The notes under the pieces are model-generated. The model was not told where the DNA came from and did no database searches. It worked only from the letters and a program-made list of their open reading frames with translations. From Azolla caroliniana (lineage: Eukaryota > Plantae > Polypodiophyta), in contig JBHGNT010000288.1 in the NCBI GenBank assembly GCA_043228905.1, positions 1 through 39,252 of the forward strand: DNA of 39,252 bases, given 5' to 3'. Each line of letters starts with the position of its first letter. Position 1 is the first letter of the stretch. The position numbers were made by a program, and so were the translations under genes. Positions 11,705 through 22,634 of the stretch are shown here, in pieces.

Positions 11705-13931
11705 CCTTGGCACAATATAAACCCAAAGGTCTATGCAAATATGGAACACATGTATCGAGCCAAGAGTCGAGAACCTTCATGCCCTACATTCCTCTCTTTT
11801 TTATTCCTAGAGCAAGAGAAACTGCTCTACATAGAGACGAATTGAATTAGGACAAAGCAAAGAAAAGTAGTGGAGCTTATGCCCCCTCATAAAAGGTGAG
11901 GTTGCCGACATATGTGTATTACCTAGGTTCTTACATGAATGGTGGACACTACCTATAGACAAATCTAGTGTTCCAAGAATCCAAACATAATAATTGCAAC
12001 AAGCTTGACTGAGGCCTAGCTTTTGATATCAATGTTTGGGCTCATTTTATGATCTGCCTTCCGTCGTCATAAGGTACCAGGAAAATTTTACAAACTTAAG
12101 CCTTCCTATCAATAATATGATTCCCTAAGGAGAGTTCCATGTATGAATTCTTGTTGATGATGTATTCTAATAGTATAATGTCTGAACATTGAAGGATGTA
12201 TCTTCAGTTTTAAATAGGAACTAAGATAAAATGGTGAAAAATTATGTGCATCTATATTGAGCATAGTTCTTCATGAAATCTTGTCTCGAGGAAATTTAAA
12301 TATATTGTAAATGTGGATATTTTCAAAGAAATCACTCCTTTTGACATTTCTTAGTTTTTGCAAGTCAATGACACTTGTAGCACATTGTCCATCCAACATA
12401 TTTCTCACAATCAAGGAAATTTTTGTTGATTACACAAACACAAACATATGATTATTAAATACATGAATTTCTTGATTAATTTTCACTTTAGTATAAATGT
12501 CAATCACTCACACCATTGACTAGGCCCCATCCTGTAGATTGAAATTGTTGTGTGTACATTAGCACTATAAAAAATCTTATCCTAGTGCCTACATAATAAA
12601 TTGTAATCTTAAATTAATTTAAAGCACAAGTATACAAAATCATTGTTCACAGCAATATTTTCATAAGAGCTTGCTATTATTAAACAGAAAACTAAATATA
12701 GGTGTTCTTGGGTCGTGACTCTTGCTTGTGTGGTACACATATTGGTTTTTTTCTAGTGTCATTTTGAAGATGCCTAACGTGACGGTTGTCAAATAAGATA
12801 ATCATCACATTCATATTGACAATGACAATCTTGAGGTGGGTAAAATATCTATATCGTAAAGGCCATATGTAATGAACAATGTATATAGTTATTGGATTTG
12901 ACCGAAAGAATAAAAAACAATTTATCATTAATCATAAGTTCTTTCAATATCTCTCTCGTGTGGGTTTTTCTTTTCTCTTGTTGCCTTAGTGATATACACC
13001 ATAGCATTAAGGTCATGAATTTTAGAGAAGCCATGTTTGGTCCTGGCTATGGGCTTGCCCCCATCCCATTGATCACAATTGGTCTGTCGGTGACCTCCAC
13101 ATTTTTATTATCTAGAGAGTGGATTAGGGCTTCATGCTCCCTATACAATACTTGGCTAAATTTATTTTTAGCAATTATGAGAAGTTATTGAGTTGGGTTA
13201 TAATTTGATGCTCAACAATAAATTCCTTTGTATTATGAATGAATCACCATGGTGCTCACATGGCATCTTCAGGTGTCACCATGGTGATCATTACTCACAT
13301 GACATCTCAAGGAATCACTATGGTGCTCAGTCGTATGCAAGATATAGCCACGATGAATGTGTTGACATTGGGATGTGTCAATCAACACGCAACCTTTGTG
13401 AGTCACTCTACACAACACAAAGTATAGCAAAGTGCCAACACTTCGTCTATGTTAGACTCCTCATAATACAACTAGTAGCAAGCTTATCGACCATATGCTA
13501 TTGTACATATAATCTCTATCCCAATGTAATATTATATTGTTCCTAACAATCATCATTGTAACATTAGCAACAACTAGCACACAACCCTCTCATAAAAGAG
13601 TGGACTTATATATAGGCCATTGAAGACCCATATATTATGTTAAATGCCTAATTCTGGATGCATATGCACACTTTGCACTACCACGGTCAACATCCCACTC
13701 ATATACCTAGGTGACAATCTTCTAAGATACATCAAAGTTGTTTTTTACACCCCCCAAAATGCTCCCCTGCTACCCATGATGATAAACGTCGAGACCTGAA
13801 GCAATTTTATGCACCACGTGAGCAACAAGATGCCTCGATTCACCCACTTTTCTTTTTGTATCGTTGAGAACCTCAAGTTGCAACTAGAAGTGTTTCCCTC
13901 AGAACATATGGATGTGTGTATGTGTATGTAT

Positions 13932-13933
<2 letters not shown>

Positions 13934-13963
<30 letters not shown>
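13934..13963. repeat. (GT)n microsatellite
   Basis: Directly visible. Confidence 0.95.
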
Positions 13964-13965
<2 letters not shown>

Positions 13966-14477
13966 CCCTTTCACATTCATTCAATCAAACTCCAATTTTG
14001 AATACAAAAAGAAGGCAGAGAGCTACAAAATACAGGGATACAGAAAGAGAGCTCTCTCTCCTCTTTGCAAACTCAAACAAGGGATTGAGTGTGTTGTAGG
14101 TTCAAGCATTGTTATGGTACGTCTTTTCTTCTGCTTCTACATATGTATGTACATGTATTTTGGGCATGTGTGTATGCATATACATGCCTTTTGTACGTGT
14201 ATATAACCATCACAAGGATTAGGCAACACTCCATCTCTTCAAGTTCTCGATTTGGCCCATGTAATTGAAAAGCTAATTTGGGATTAAACATGGTGCCCAA
14301 ATAGAAAAGAAAAAACATAAAAAATAAAAATTTAGCAGCCTAACAACAATCAACTCAAAAACAGTTGCAGGAATTTTGAACAAATTATAAGCAGTTCTTG
14401 AATTTGCGTAATCCACGGCCTGCCGCATGTTCGCCTGACGATTGGTGGGCTGCCGCCCACATGTGAAACGACTGCTG

Positions 14478-14705
14478 GGAAAAACGAAGAAAAAGAAAAA
14501 AGAAAAAAAGAAAAAGGGAAAAGAGAAAAGAGAAAAGAAAAGGAAAAAGGAAAAATAAAAAAGAAAAAGGAAAAAAGAAAAAAGGGAAAAGAAAAAAAGG
14601 GGAAAAGAGAAAAAAGAAAAAGGAACAAAAAAAAAGAGGAAAAAAAAAAAAGAAAAAAGAGAAAAAAGAGAAAAAAGAAGAAGAAAAGGTAAATAATAAA
14701 ATAAA
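14478..14705. repeat. Polypurine (A/G-rich, GAAAA-type) low-complexity tract
   Basis: About 230 bp almost entirely A and G. Confidence 0.9.
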
Positions 14706-14899
14706 GCAATACGAAAATTTAAGAGTTTTTTTTAATAGAAAAGCATAAAAATAAAAAACAAAAAAAAAGATGATGGAGAAAAAGCATTAAAAAATATGTG
14801 TTTGAACGAAAGAAAAGAAACGAAGAAAACGATTGCCTTGATGCTCCTATCATGAGGACACCTGAAGCCAAGAAAGCACGCACAATAGTAGGAGAGAAA

Positions 14900-15650
14900 C
14901 TCTGATGCTCTATTCATGAAAAGAATGTAGTCACTACACCTTCATAAAAATGGTGGCATCAGTTCGGGAGTTGGAAATTGTTTTCGAAGCCACTAAGGAC
15001 CCACGATGGGTTGAAGCGATGAACGAGGAGATACAAGCACTCTCCAAGAACAAGACATGGGATCTCGTCCCCTCTTCACCCCATCATAAAGCAATCAGAT
15101 GTTGGTGGATATACAAGGTGAAGCACAACGTTGACGACACCGTTAATCGGTATAAAGCCTGACTTATCGCCAAAGGGTATACATAGACACATAGGGTTGA
15201 TTATGAAGAGACTTTTGCTCTAGTGGCAATTTGAAAGATGACTCCATTCAAACTGTGATCATGCTTGTAGCAGCAAAAGGGTGGCACCTCCAGTAGATGG
15301 ATGTAAATAACGACTTTCTCTAAGGTGAATTAGATGAGGAATACATGGTACGACCTCCTGACTTCAAGTTGATTACGCATCCAACTGCCATCTGCCGATT
15401 TAAAAAGCCTCTCTACAACCTCAAGTAGGCATCTAGAGTATGACATTCAAAGATAACTCAATATCTTCAACAAATCGGCTTCAGAATGTCCAAGTCTAAC
15501 AATTCCCTATTCATTCGGAGGGACTCCAGAGGACAATTGTTTATCATAATGCATGTGGATGACTTGGTTATTGGAGGAGAGCACATAACAGATATCAATC
15601 ATATCAAGAAGGTTCTATTCGGCCGATTCAAAATGAAAGATATGAAGGGA
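14900..15650 (+). mobile_element. Highly degenerate Copia RT fragment
   Basis: DPRWVEAMNEEIQALSKNKTWDLVP, WIYKVKHNVDDTVNRYKA, GVDYEETFA, HVDDLVIGG, FKMKDM, with many stops. Confidence 0.88.
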
Positions 15651-15961
15651 AGAAGTAATTTGAAATCCAGATGGCATCATGAGAATCAAACTCAACTTCC
15701 CTAGTGTGGGAACACAACTTAAGAATAGTCAAGTGTGTGAACACCCCACCACTTTGTATCATAACTAATGTGTCATAGAAGTTAAGCCCTATGACACATA
15801 GTTACTAGGTAATTAAGTCTCCACCTCTTTTTCAAGAGGTGGTTGTAGTGAGAGAATATAGAGAGAAGGTGACTACATAAGCACCTTCTCCTCTTCCTTG
15901 TAACTATTGTTTGTTTATTTTCTTGTTAATACAATTTTCTTGTTTTCTATATATCTTGTGT

Positions 15962-15988
15962 TCTCTCTCTCTCTCTCTCTCTCTCTCT
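15962..15988. repeat. (TC)n microsatellite
   Basis: Directly visible. Confidence 0.95.
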
Positions 15989-16009
15989 ATGCGAGATGTT
16001 ATTGTATAT

Positions 16010-17904
16010 GCTGCACATAGGGTTGGCAAAAAGCAACTAGAGGAAAGTCATCTCGAGTTATTGTTTGTACAATCCTTGATGAATGTAAAAGGGCAATGAT
16101 TCTAGATAGTAGTAAGGTGTACTTAAAAGGGACAAGTGTTTCTGTAATGGAGGATAGAACTCCACAAGAGTAGGAACGTAGAAGGCAAGCATATGCATTT
16201 AGGAAAGCAAATCAAAAGGCATAGCAAGCAACGACTTATGGGACTATAAGTGCTTCACGATTGAAAGTTACCTCATAAAATCGATATGGCCTCACTCCAA
16301 AGGGAATATTGGGCATGCTGGGATAGCATGTATCTACCATGAGAGCTCAGATAATTCTATCAAAGTATGCAAATATGATGACTATAAGAGATACATTTGG
16401 ATAAAGGTTAATTTGGGGAAAGAGAAGTTGTATATAGTTGCATGTTAGATTCCTCACAAAGACTCAAACTACTATAGTAGGTTTGGGTTAGATTGTGACG
16501 ATCCTTTTACAGAATGATGCCATGATATACTTTTATTGAGAAGCTCGATAAAGTTTTAATTATGGGAGACTTCAATGCAAGAGTTAGAAATTTCCAAAAT
16601 GTGGAGACATTTGAAGAAAATGTAGTAGAACATTGTCTATTGCGTGACTCAAAGGATTGTGTCATGTTAGATTATGGAAAACTTTTGATACATATGTTAA
16701 ATTGCACAAACTTGATTATCCTAAATGGTATAAAGGCATTCCCATTGATAAATAGCTCACATGTTTACCATCCTCGGGTGGAGGAAGTGTGGTTGATTAC
16801 ACATTAATGTTGGCATGTGATCTATCATTGGTGAATGTGTTTAAAGGTGATTCTCTATCTCCGGACTCAGACCAGAAGTCATTGTACTTAGAGCTTGCAA
16901 TTCCACATTTCACCAATAGATGCCATGGAGTGAAAGACGAAAAGAGATGTATCATCCGACCTTGCTACGAAAAAGTTAAGATGTATGCAAATGAAGTGGA
17001 GAACGATGTTAATGAAAATTGGCAACATCTGAGGGATATCATCCTTAAGGTTGGGTATCAATACTTTAAGAGGCATGTGGGTGGGCATAAGATGTGCTTT
17101 TTTCCATGTAATTCTTGGTTCGATGATGAATGTAAGATGTATCTCAAATGGTTTAAGCCAATAGAATGGGAAAATGAAAAGATTGTTGCATGACACCTAT
17201 ATAAGAAAGTAGTAAGGAGAAAGAAAAGAAGATATTTTGAAATGCAAGAGATGAAAAAGAAAAACTTGTTTAAGCTCAAACCAAAATTAGCATGGGAACA
17301 ACTCAAAGGGTAAGAAAGAAGATGTGAAAGGTCACTTTACAAATGAAGAGAAGTTAAGATTATGTACAAAGACTATATATGCATAAAGGTGCGGCTCCTA
17401 TGGTTGAGAAAATTTAAATACCATGCACTATATGTATCAATATTGATGATGTCAATAAGGGAATAAAGAAGATGGCGAGTGGGAAATCAGCAGATGCAAC
17501 CTACGTCTCAAGTGAGCTTTTAAAATGGACAATGCCACATACTCGTCATTGGATAATGACAATTATAGAGCAAGCTATAAAACAAGGATTTCCAAATGAT
17601 TGGCTTATCAATTGGATTAAACCAATATTTAAAGCCGGAGATAAGAATCAAGTATCAAATTATCGTACAATAATGGTGAGCTCAACTATTGCTAAATTAT
17701 ATAGCACTATTATGGAGCAAAAGATAAGTACATGGGCTGAAAGTACAAGCAAAAGAGCACTTGGGCAAGCAGGATTTAGACCAAAACACTCCATTGTGGA
17801 TTGTTTGATCACATTGAGGGTAATCATGGAAGAGGGTCGAGTACAAGGAAAAACAATTTTTTGTTGTTTTGTTGATTTTAAGAAAGGTTTCGATACCGTA
17901 CGAT
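16010..17904 (+). mobile_element. LINE (non-LTR retrotransposon) 5' part: ORF1 C-terminus, APE endonuclease, start of RT; degenerate
   Basis: ORF1-like AHRVGKK..RVIVCTILDECKRAMIL..YLKGTSVSVMEDRTPQE. Endonuclease YIWIKV..LYIVAC, MGDFNAR, VVDY. RT IKPIFKAGDK..NYRTI, QAGFRPKHS, FVDFKKGFDTV. Cut by the LTR at 17905. Confidence 0.88.
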
Positions 17905-18269
17905 TGTTAATGGGTGGGGGGTGAAGCCAAGAGAGGCTCCACCCCCCTCCCAAGGGGATTACGTGTGAGGGAGAGAGAGAGAAAACAAATAAGAACGACA
18001 CCAAAATGAGAGGGGAAAAAGTTATGTTACATTATGCCCCATGGGTGGGGTTTATATAGTACAAGAAGTAACCGTTAGAAATAAATAATGAGACAAGTAG
18101 GGAGTTATAGTACTTACCCACTTTCTCACCTTTGTACACATGCACACAAATGTGGATGTGTTCATACACATACTCATTCTCATACACTCATTCATATTAC
18201 ACATACACATCAACCACATTATCGTGTTCCACCCCTTATGCCTCCCCGTATATATTCTTACGGGTAACA
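17905..18269. repeat. Putative LTR (365 bp, TGTTA...TAACA) of a Gypsy-type element inserted in the LINE
   Basis: 5-bp terminal inverted repeats, abrupt junction with the LINE RT, TATATAA on the minus strand near 18052..18058, and an adjacent PBS-like motif. Confidence 0.7.
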
Positions 18270-18271
18270 AA

Positions 18272-18288
18272 TGGCACGCCTGTGGGAC
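18272..18288 (+). promoter_or_regulatory. PBS-like motif complementary to the tRNA-Arg 3' end
   Basis: TGGCACGCCTGTGGGAC, 2 nt after the LTR end; resembles the Ogre/Tat-type PBS TGGCACGCCCAGTGGGAC, one base shorter. Confidence 0.7.
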
Positions 18289-18552
18289 AATGCACTACAC
18301 GGTGAACCCACTCGCCATGGCAACTCTTCTCGATCGGAACTCCATCGGTCATCTGAACGGTCGGAAAATCCCTCGACTGGATCACTGCTCTACGATCGAT
18401 AACTTCGATCAGAGTTTTGCTTGACTCAAACCTTCTCATTCGGTCAACACAAGTCGCGATTCGATCATACACCAATCGGCTAGTTCACTATGGCATGGGT
18501 CGTGAAATCATGTTGTATGTTTGTGTGTTCTTTCTTTCATCACGTAAGTTGT

Positions 18553-18698
18553 GTTTTTGAAATTCCATGATTTGTACCCCTTGGTTTTAGAAATTTTCAC
18601 GTTTATCCTCAAATTTTTGAAATGTTAATCTTCTACCCTCCGGTTTTTGAAATTAGATTGTGTACCCTCAAGTTATTGAAAAAATTTCTGTATGCCCT
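18553..18698. repeat. ~30-bp periodic repeat (about 5 units, GTTTTTGAAAT..TACCCTC), resembling a Mutator-like element terminal repeat
   Basis: Units are visible by eye and end in ATGCCCTC. The MULE assignment rests on style only; no partner TIR was seen. Confidence 0.55.
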
Positions 18699-18819
18699 CT
18701 CTCTTTACCTTTCCTCGTTTTTTTCTCTACTTTCTTTCTTCTCAATTTGTCTCTTCTTCCTCTTTTTCTTCTTTTTCGATTTTCGACTAGCTCCGTTATC
18801 TTTCTTCTCTCTTTCATGA

Positions 18820-19164
18820 TCTTCCTTTTTGTGAAAGGCCCATGTTCCCTCTGCGGGTTCAGTTGATTACATGAACACAACAGACATGACTTCCTGGATC
18901 GCCTAGGAACTCCTCCGCTTATCAGAGGCCCACTCACCTATGTAGTGCTTCGTCTTCTTCAGGGTTCCATGGTCCTTTGATCCGATCAACTACCAACTTT
19001 TGATGATTACGATGATGATGATGGATATGGCTATGGCTATTGCTATGATCGTGATGGATATGGCTATGGTGGTGATTATGATTATGGGAAGATCGATCTA
19101 GCTCGAAAGGCAAAGGTGAAGGAGATGGTTGGATTGTCGCATCAGAGATCAGCATTAGTAGCAA
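18820..19164 (-). pseudogene. R2R3-MYB gene fragment (subgroup 22, MYB44/MYB73-like R2 repeat) with His-rich leader
   Basis: DRIKGPWNPEEDEALHR, then after a deletion and frameshift LISGGVPRRSRKSCLLCSCNQLNPQREHGPFT. This matches DRIKGPWSPEED...SIPGRSGKSCRLRWCNQLSPQVEHRPF of MYB44-type proteins. Confidence 0.85.
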
Positions 19165-19656
19165 TCTCTCTACTTTCTACTTCTGTTATACTTCTTCTCT
19201 CCTCCTATTCTGATGGTTATATTTATTCCTCTATGCTTCTTCTACCACTACCTTTGTCTCCTTTTTCTATTGCTACCATTGTCTCCTTCTTCTCTTCCTT
19301 CCTCTATCCTCATGACGCTACTATTCTTATCCTTTCTTGATCCTTCTTATTGAGGATCCTCCCTTCTTCTGCTCCATGTCTTCGCTTGCTCTTCGTTCCG
19401 GCGTCTCCTTTCGGCCGACTGTCAGTCGTAAGCTATCACTATCTGCCAACTGCCTGATGCCGGCCATATCCATCCACTGGTTGCCGGTCCGTCGACTGTC
19501 AGACGGTCGTCTCTCAGTCCAGTCGGCTCTCTGTCGGCTGTTCGGGATGCTAGCCATCTTGCTGGTTCTACTGCCCTAGGTCGTCCACCGTATGTCCGCT
19601 AGCCAGCTCTGTCATCGTCCGCCAGTTCGGATGTCGGCCACTCGCCATGTTCGATG

Positions 19657-19930
19657 CATAGAACTATTGGCACTCCTAAGAGTATATAAATACATTACAA
19701 AAGTCAAGAATATGCCGAATCATCGATTACCACATCTTTCTTAGAATGTTGGATGTAAGCTACAAAAGAATCATAAAAGTAAGATTCTCTCGACCCATAG
19801 AACTATTGGCACTCCAAAGAGTATATAAATACATTACAAAAGTCAAGAATATGCCAAGTCATCGATTACCACATCTTTCTTAGAATGTTAGATGTAAGCT
19901 ACAAAAGAATCATAAAAGTAAGATTTTCTC
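19657..19930 (+). repeat. 139-bp tandem duplication at the LINE resumption point
   Basis: CATAGAACTATTGGCACTCC... starts at 19657 and 19796, with a few mismatches. Confidence 0.93.
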
Positions 19931-20578
19931 ATCCAGTTGGGTTGTTGACATATGGAAATGGTTTAGAAGATGGGGCATGGATGATCTTTTAGAGCTTTCA
20001 GGCAATGCTATGCATTATGTAATGAGTGAGGAAAGGTTGGTGGAATCATTAAGGATGAAGTGGGAAGATGCTAAGAGGACAAAGCTACAATACTACATTG
20101 CAAATGTCAACCTTGAATGTTAGTCTCAATATAAAGCAAGAATACTTATTGATCGTATCCAACCTTATCTCATTACCAATATGAGTAGTAATGCTCGTAG
20201 AACCCTTACACTACTTCGTACTCGATCTCACAAGTTAGGTATTGAAGTTGCATCATGGTTCAAAATGTAACGAATTTGAAGACATGCAAAGTATGCAATG
20301 AAGGCATGGTAGAGGATTAATATCACTTGCTCTTCACATGCTCGACATATAGTGCAATTCGTTCAAGATATGCTAACATACTAAGAGTGATAACTTAAGT
20401 GCCATACTTAAGACACAGGTTGAGCTCATATGTGTATGCTTTATTCACACATACAGACTTTGTGCTTCAATGTATGAATACCCCTTCTTAGGAAGGAGAC
20501 ACATATCAAGAACACATGTATACTCTGGTCCCAGAGGTCAAAATTGGCCTCTTTATGGGCGATAAAAATTCTAATTGT

Positions 20579-20582
<4 letters not shown>
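19657..20582 (+). mobile_element. LINE 3' part: ORF2 C-terminus with CCHC zinc knuckle and probable 3' end
   Basis: KNMPNHRLP, LLRTRSHKLGIEVASW, CKVCNEGMVED*YHLLFTC. Ends in a hairpin and AATTCT/AATTGT units before a microsatellite. Confidence 0.8.
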
Positions 20583-20635
<53 letters not shown>

Positions 20636-20638
20636 ACA
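20582..20638. repeat. Compound (TC)n(CA)n microsatellite
   Basis: Directly visible. Confidence 0.95.
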
Positions 20639-20677
20639 TCTCTTTTGCTGCATAGAATCACACTCGATTCTTTACAA

Positions 20678-21125
20678 GTTCAACGTAACATAGTGCTTGG
20701 ATTTCCTTTCTTCCATACACAAATATTGTGTTATTGCCACTATATTCATGTTTTATGCTTTCTTTCTCATTCCGTATTAAAGAATGATATGCCAAAATTT
20801 GTTCCTTTTGGCATTAAATTGTAATATGTTGTTCTCATCAGTCTCCATGCTATTTGTTGTCAGTGTACTTGAAAAAATCAACTTAAAATGAAGGAAATAA
20901 CCTAGAACTAGTCAGGAAGAGAGTGACGAGTCTTAAAAAAACCTTGATGAGAAGAGATGAGATCAAGCATGAGGAGATGCCCATAGCCAAGAATTCCAGA
21001 AGGCAACACTTTTAAAACAAATAACATATACACCTTGTGGTTTGAATACCCTCTTTCCCTTAGAGCTTACATATACGTTGTTATCTCGAGTAATAGAGTA
21101 GAACAATGCATGTGTTTTCAATTTC
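20678..21125 (+). repeat. Copy 2 of the RLP 3'-flank duplication
   Basis: Collinear with 11250..11704, same orientation, roughly 80% identity by eye. Confidence 0.88.
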
Positions 21126-21449
21126 AGCTCAAAGTCGAAGGGAGCCCAAACTCGAGCTCAAAGTCGACGAGAGCCAAGAGTTGAATGGAGCCCAAATTTG
21201 AAGGGAGACTAGAGTCGAAGGGAGACCAGAATCAAAGGGAGCTTAGAGTTGAATTCAATAGGAACCTAGACTCGAAGGGAAAGCACACACGAAAGGAGCT
21301 TAGGGTCGAAGGGAGCCTAGACTCGAAGGAACGAACACTCAAAAGGAGCTCAGAGTCGAAGGGAGGCCAGAGTTGAAGGGAGTTCATACTCAAAGGGAGC
21401 TCAGATTTAAAAGGACCCCAAAGTCAAAGGGAGGCTAGAGTCGAAGGGA
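21126..21449. repeat. Degenerate 17-bp minisatellite (consensus near GAGCCTAGAGTCGAAGG), roughly 19 units
   Basis: GAGTCGAAGGGAG cores recur at about 17-bp spacing. Confidence 0.85.
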
Positions 21450-21520
21450 TAGCATTGCCCTGTACTTTCCTCCCTCCCTCCCTCTCTCTCTCTCTCTTGG
21501 AGTAAGCAGTTATTAGTACA

Positions 21521-22634
21521 TGAGGTTATAGAAACAACAAGCCATTACGAAAGAGGAGCCTAATCTTAGATCAGGAGCATTCAATTTAACAAACCAAGAA
21601 TCAAGAAATGATATTACAAAACGAGGAGCTTGATTGATAGGCCAAATCATTCAATTAATCAAGGAAACCCCGTTATATATAGGGTGAACATCGGTAGAGG
21701 CAACTATTACAATGGTTGTGGAAATGCCAAGCACTAATCAAAAAGAAGGAAAGAGAGGAGAAGAGGGATTAAGCTAGCAAGGCTATTACAACAGTGGTGA
21801 AAACGTCAACCACTAATCAAGAAACAAAGAAAGAAGGAAAGAGAGGAGATTCTGAAGAGGGAGTAAGCTTCCGATGAAGACGAGATGAGTGGCCTTCCAA
21901 GACCATTGCTACCACCGATGGTTTTGATGCCACGAGTCAGGGTAGTGTTCTCAAGCCACTTTGTTATCTCTTTGTGAGACTGGCATATGAGTTTGATGAT
22001 CCACTCTCCAAAGCTCCTCCAAGTGTTGAACATAGAAGACGTTGAAGGCAAAGAGGACGAAGAATGCAAAAGAGCTCTCAGTTCAATTCCTCTATGCAGA
22101 CCATTGTCCCCTTTTCTTTATTCTCATTTCCTACCTTTGGCCACACCACATCACGACATCCACCCCCACCAAACCACACATCCTCCAACATGTGCTATAA
22201 AAATAGAACGATTGTTGGGGACCAAGATATTCAATCTTTGGTATCAGAATCCTTGCCATCCTCGAGATCATCTGCTTGCATGTCATCTTCTTCATCTCTG
22301 AGGTCGTTGAGGTTAACCTCATCGTCATGTCGTTTTTTGAAGATCTTGATTCTTTTCCGCGCTATCGTTGTCGAGCTTTGCGAGATGGTACGTGTCATTG
22401 GCATTGTGCTTGTTACCACATAGAGGCCAAACCACTACCTCCCAAAATTCCTCATTGAACTACGTTGATTATTGAGGTTGTTGTCATACACGATCACCCA
22501 GTCACCCTCTTCGATCTTCCTGGGGCATAATCAATGTGTCTTATTGAGTCGTGTTTGGCCACCTTTAGCATTTACTTTGCCAAATCCAAGTCCTCCAGCC
22601 TTTGTTCGAGTTGTCTTATCCTTGTTGCTTGAAG
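21521..22634 (-). mobile_element. Ty3/Gypsy 3' remnant: integrase C-terminus, PPT and putative 3' LTR (21521..22158)
   Basis: Minus strand reads TRIRQLEQRLEDL, KIEEGDWVIVYD, WFGLYVV (GPY/F-like), TYHLAKLD, KRIKIFKKR. G-rich tract GGTGGGGGTGGA precedes TGTCGTG; minus-strand TATA near 21673..21682. The left LTR boundary is less certain. Confidence 0.78.

Noticed and set aside
11119-12700. A kinase domain downstream of the LRR gene that would make it a broken RLK
   Set aside because: I found no GxGxxG, VAIK, HRD or DFG motifs; the region is AT-rich and looks non-coding.
11850-13900. Short ORFs in the AT-rich intergenic region
   Set aside because: No recognisable motifs or coding-like composition.
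14350-14709. Phe-rich 119-aa membrane-protein-like ORF
   Set aside because: Translation of the A/G low-complexity tract.
17885-17898. Sequence resembling a reversed tRNA-Met PBS (GGTTTCGATACCG) left of the 17905 LTR
   Set aside because: It is the in-frame LINE RT motif KGFDTV; the similarity is coincidental.
19376-19579. Transit-peptide-like ORF start MSSLALRSGVSFRPTVSRK
   Set aside because: Short, no recognisable domain, within a rearranged insert; noted only as a possible second captured fragment.
21126-21449. CRISPR-like appearance of the 17-bp and 54-bp arrays
   Set aside because: Head-to-tail repeats without unique spacers, no cas genes, eukaryotic context.
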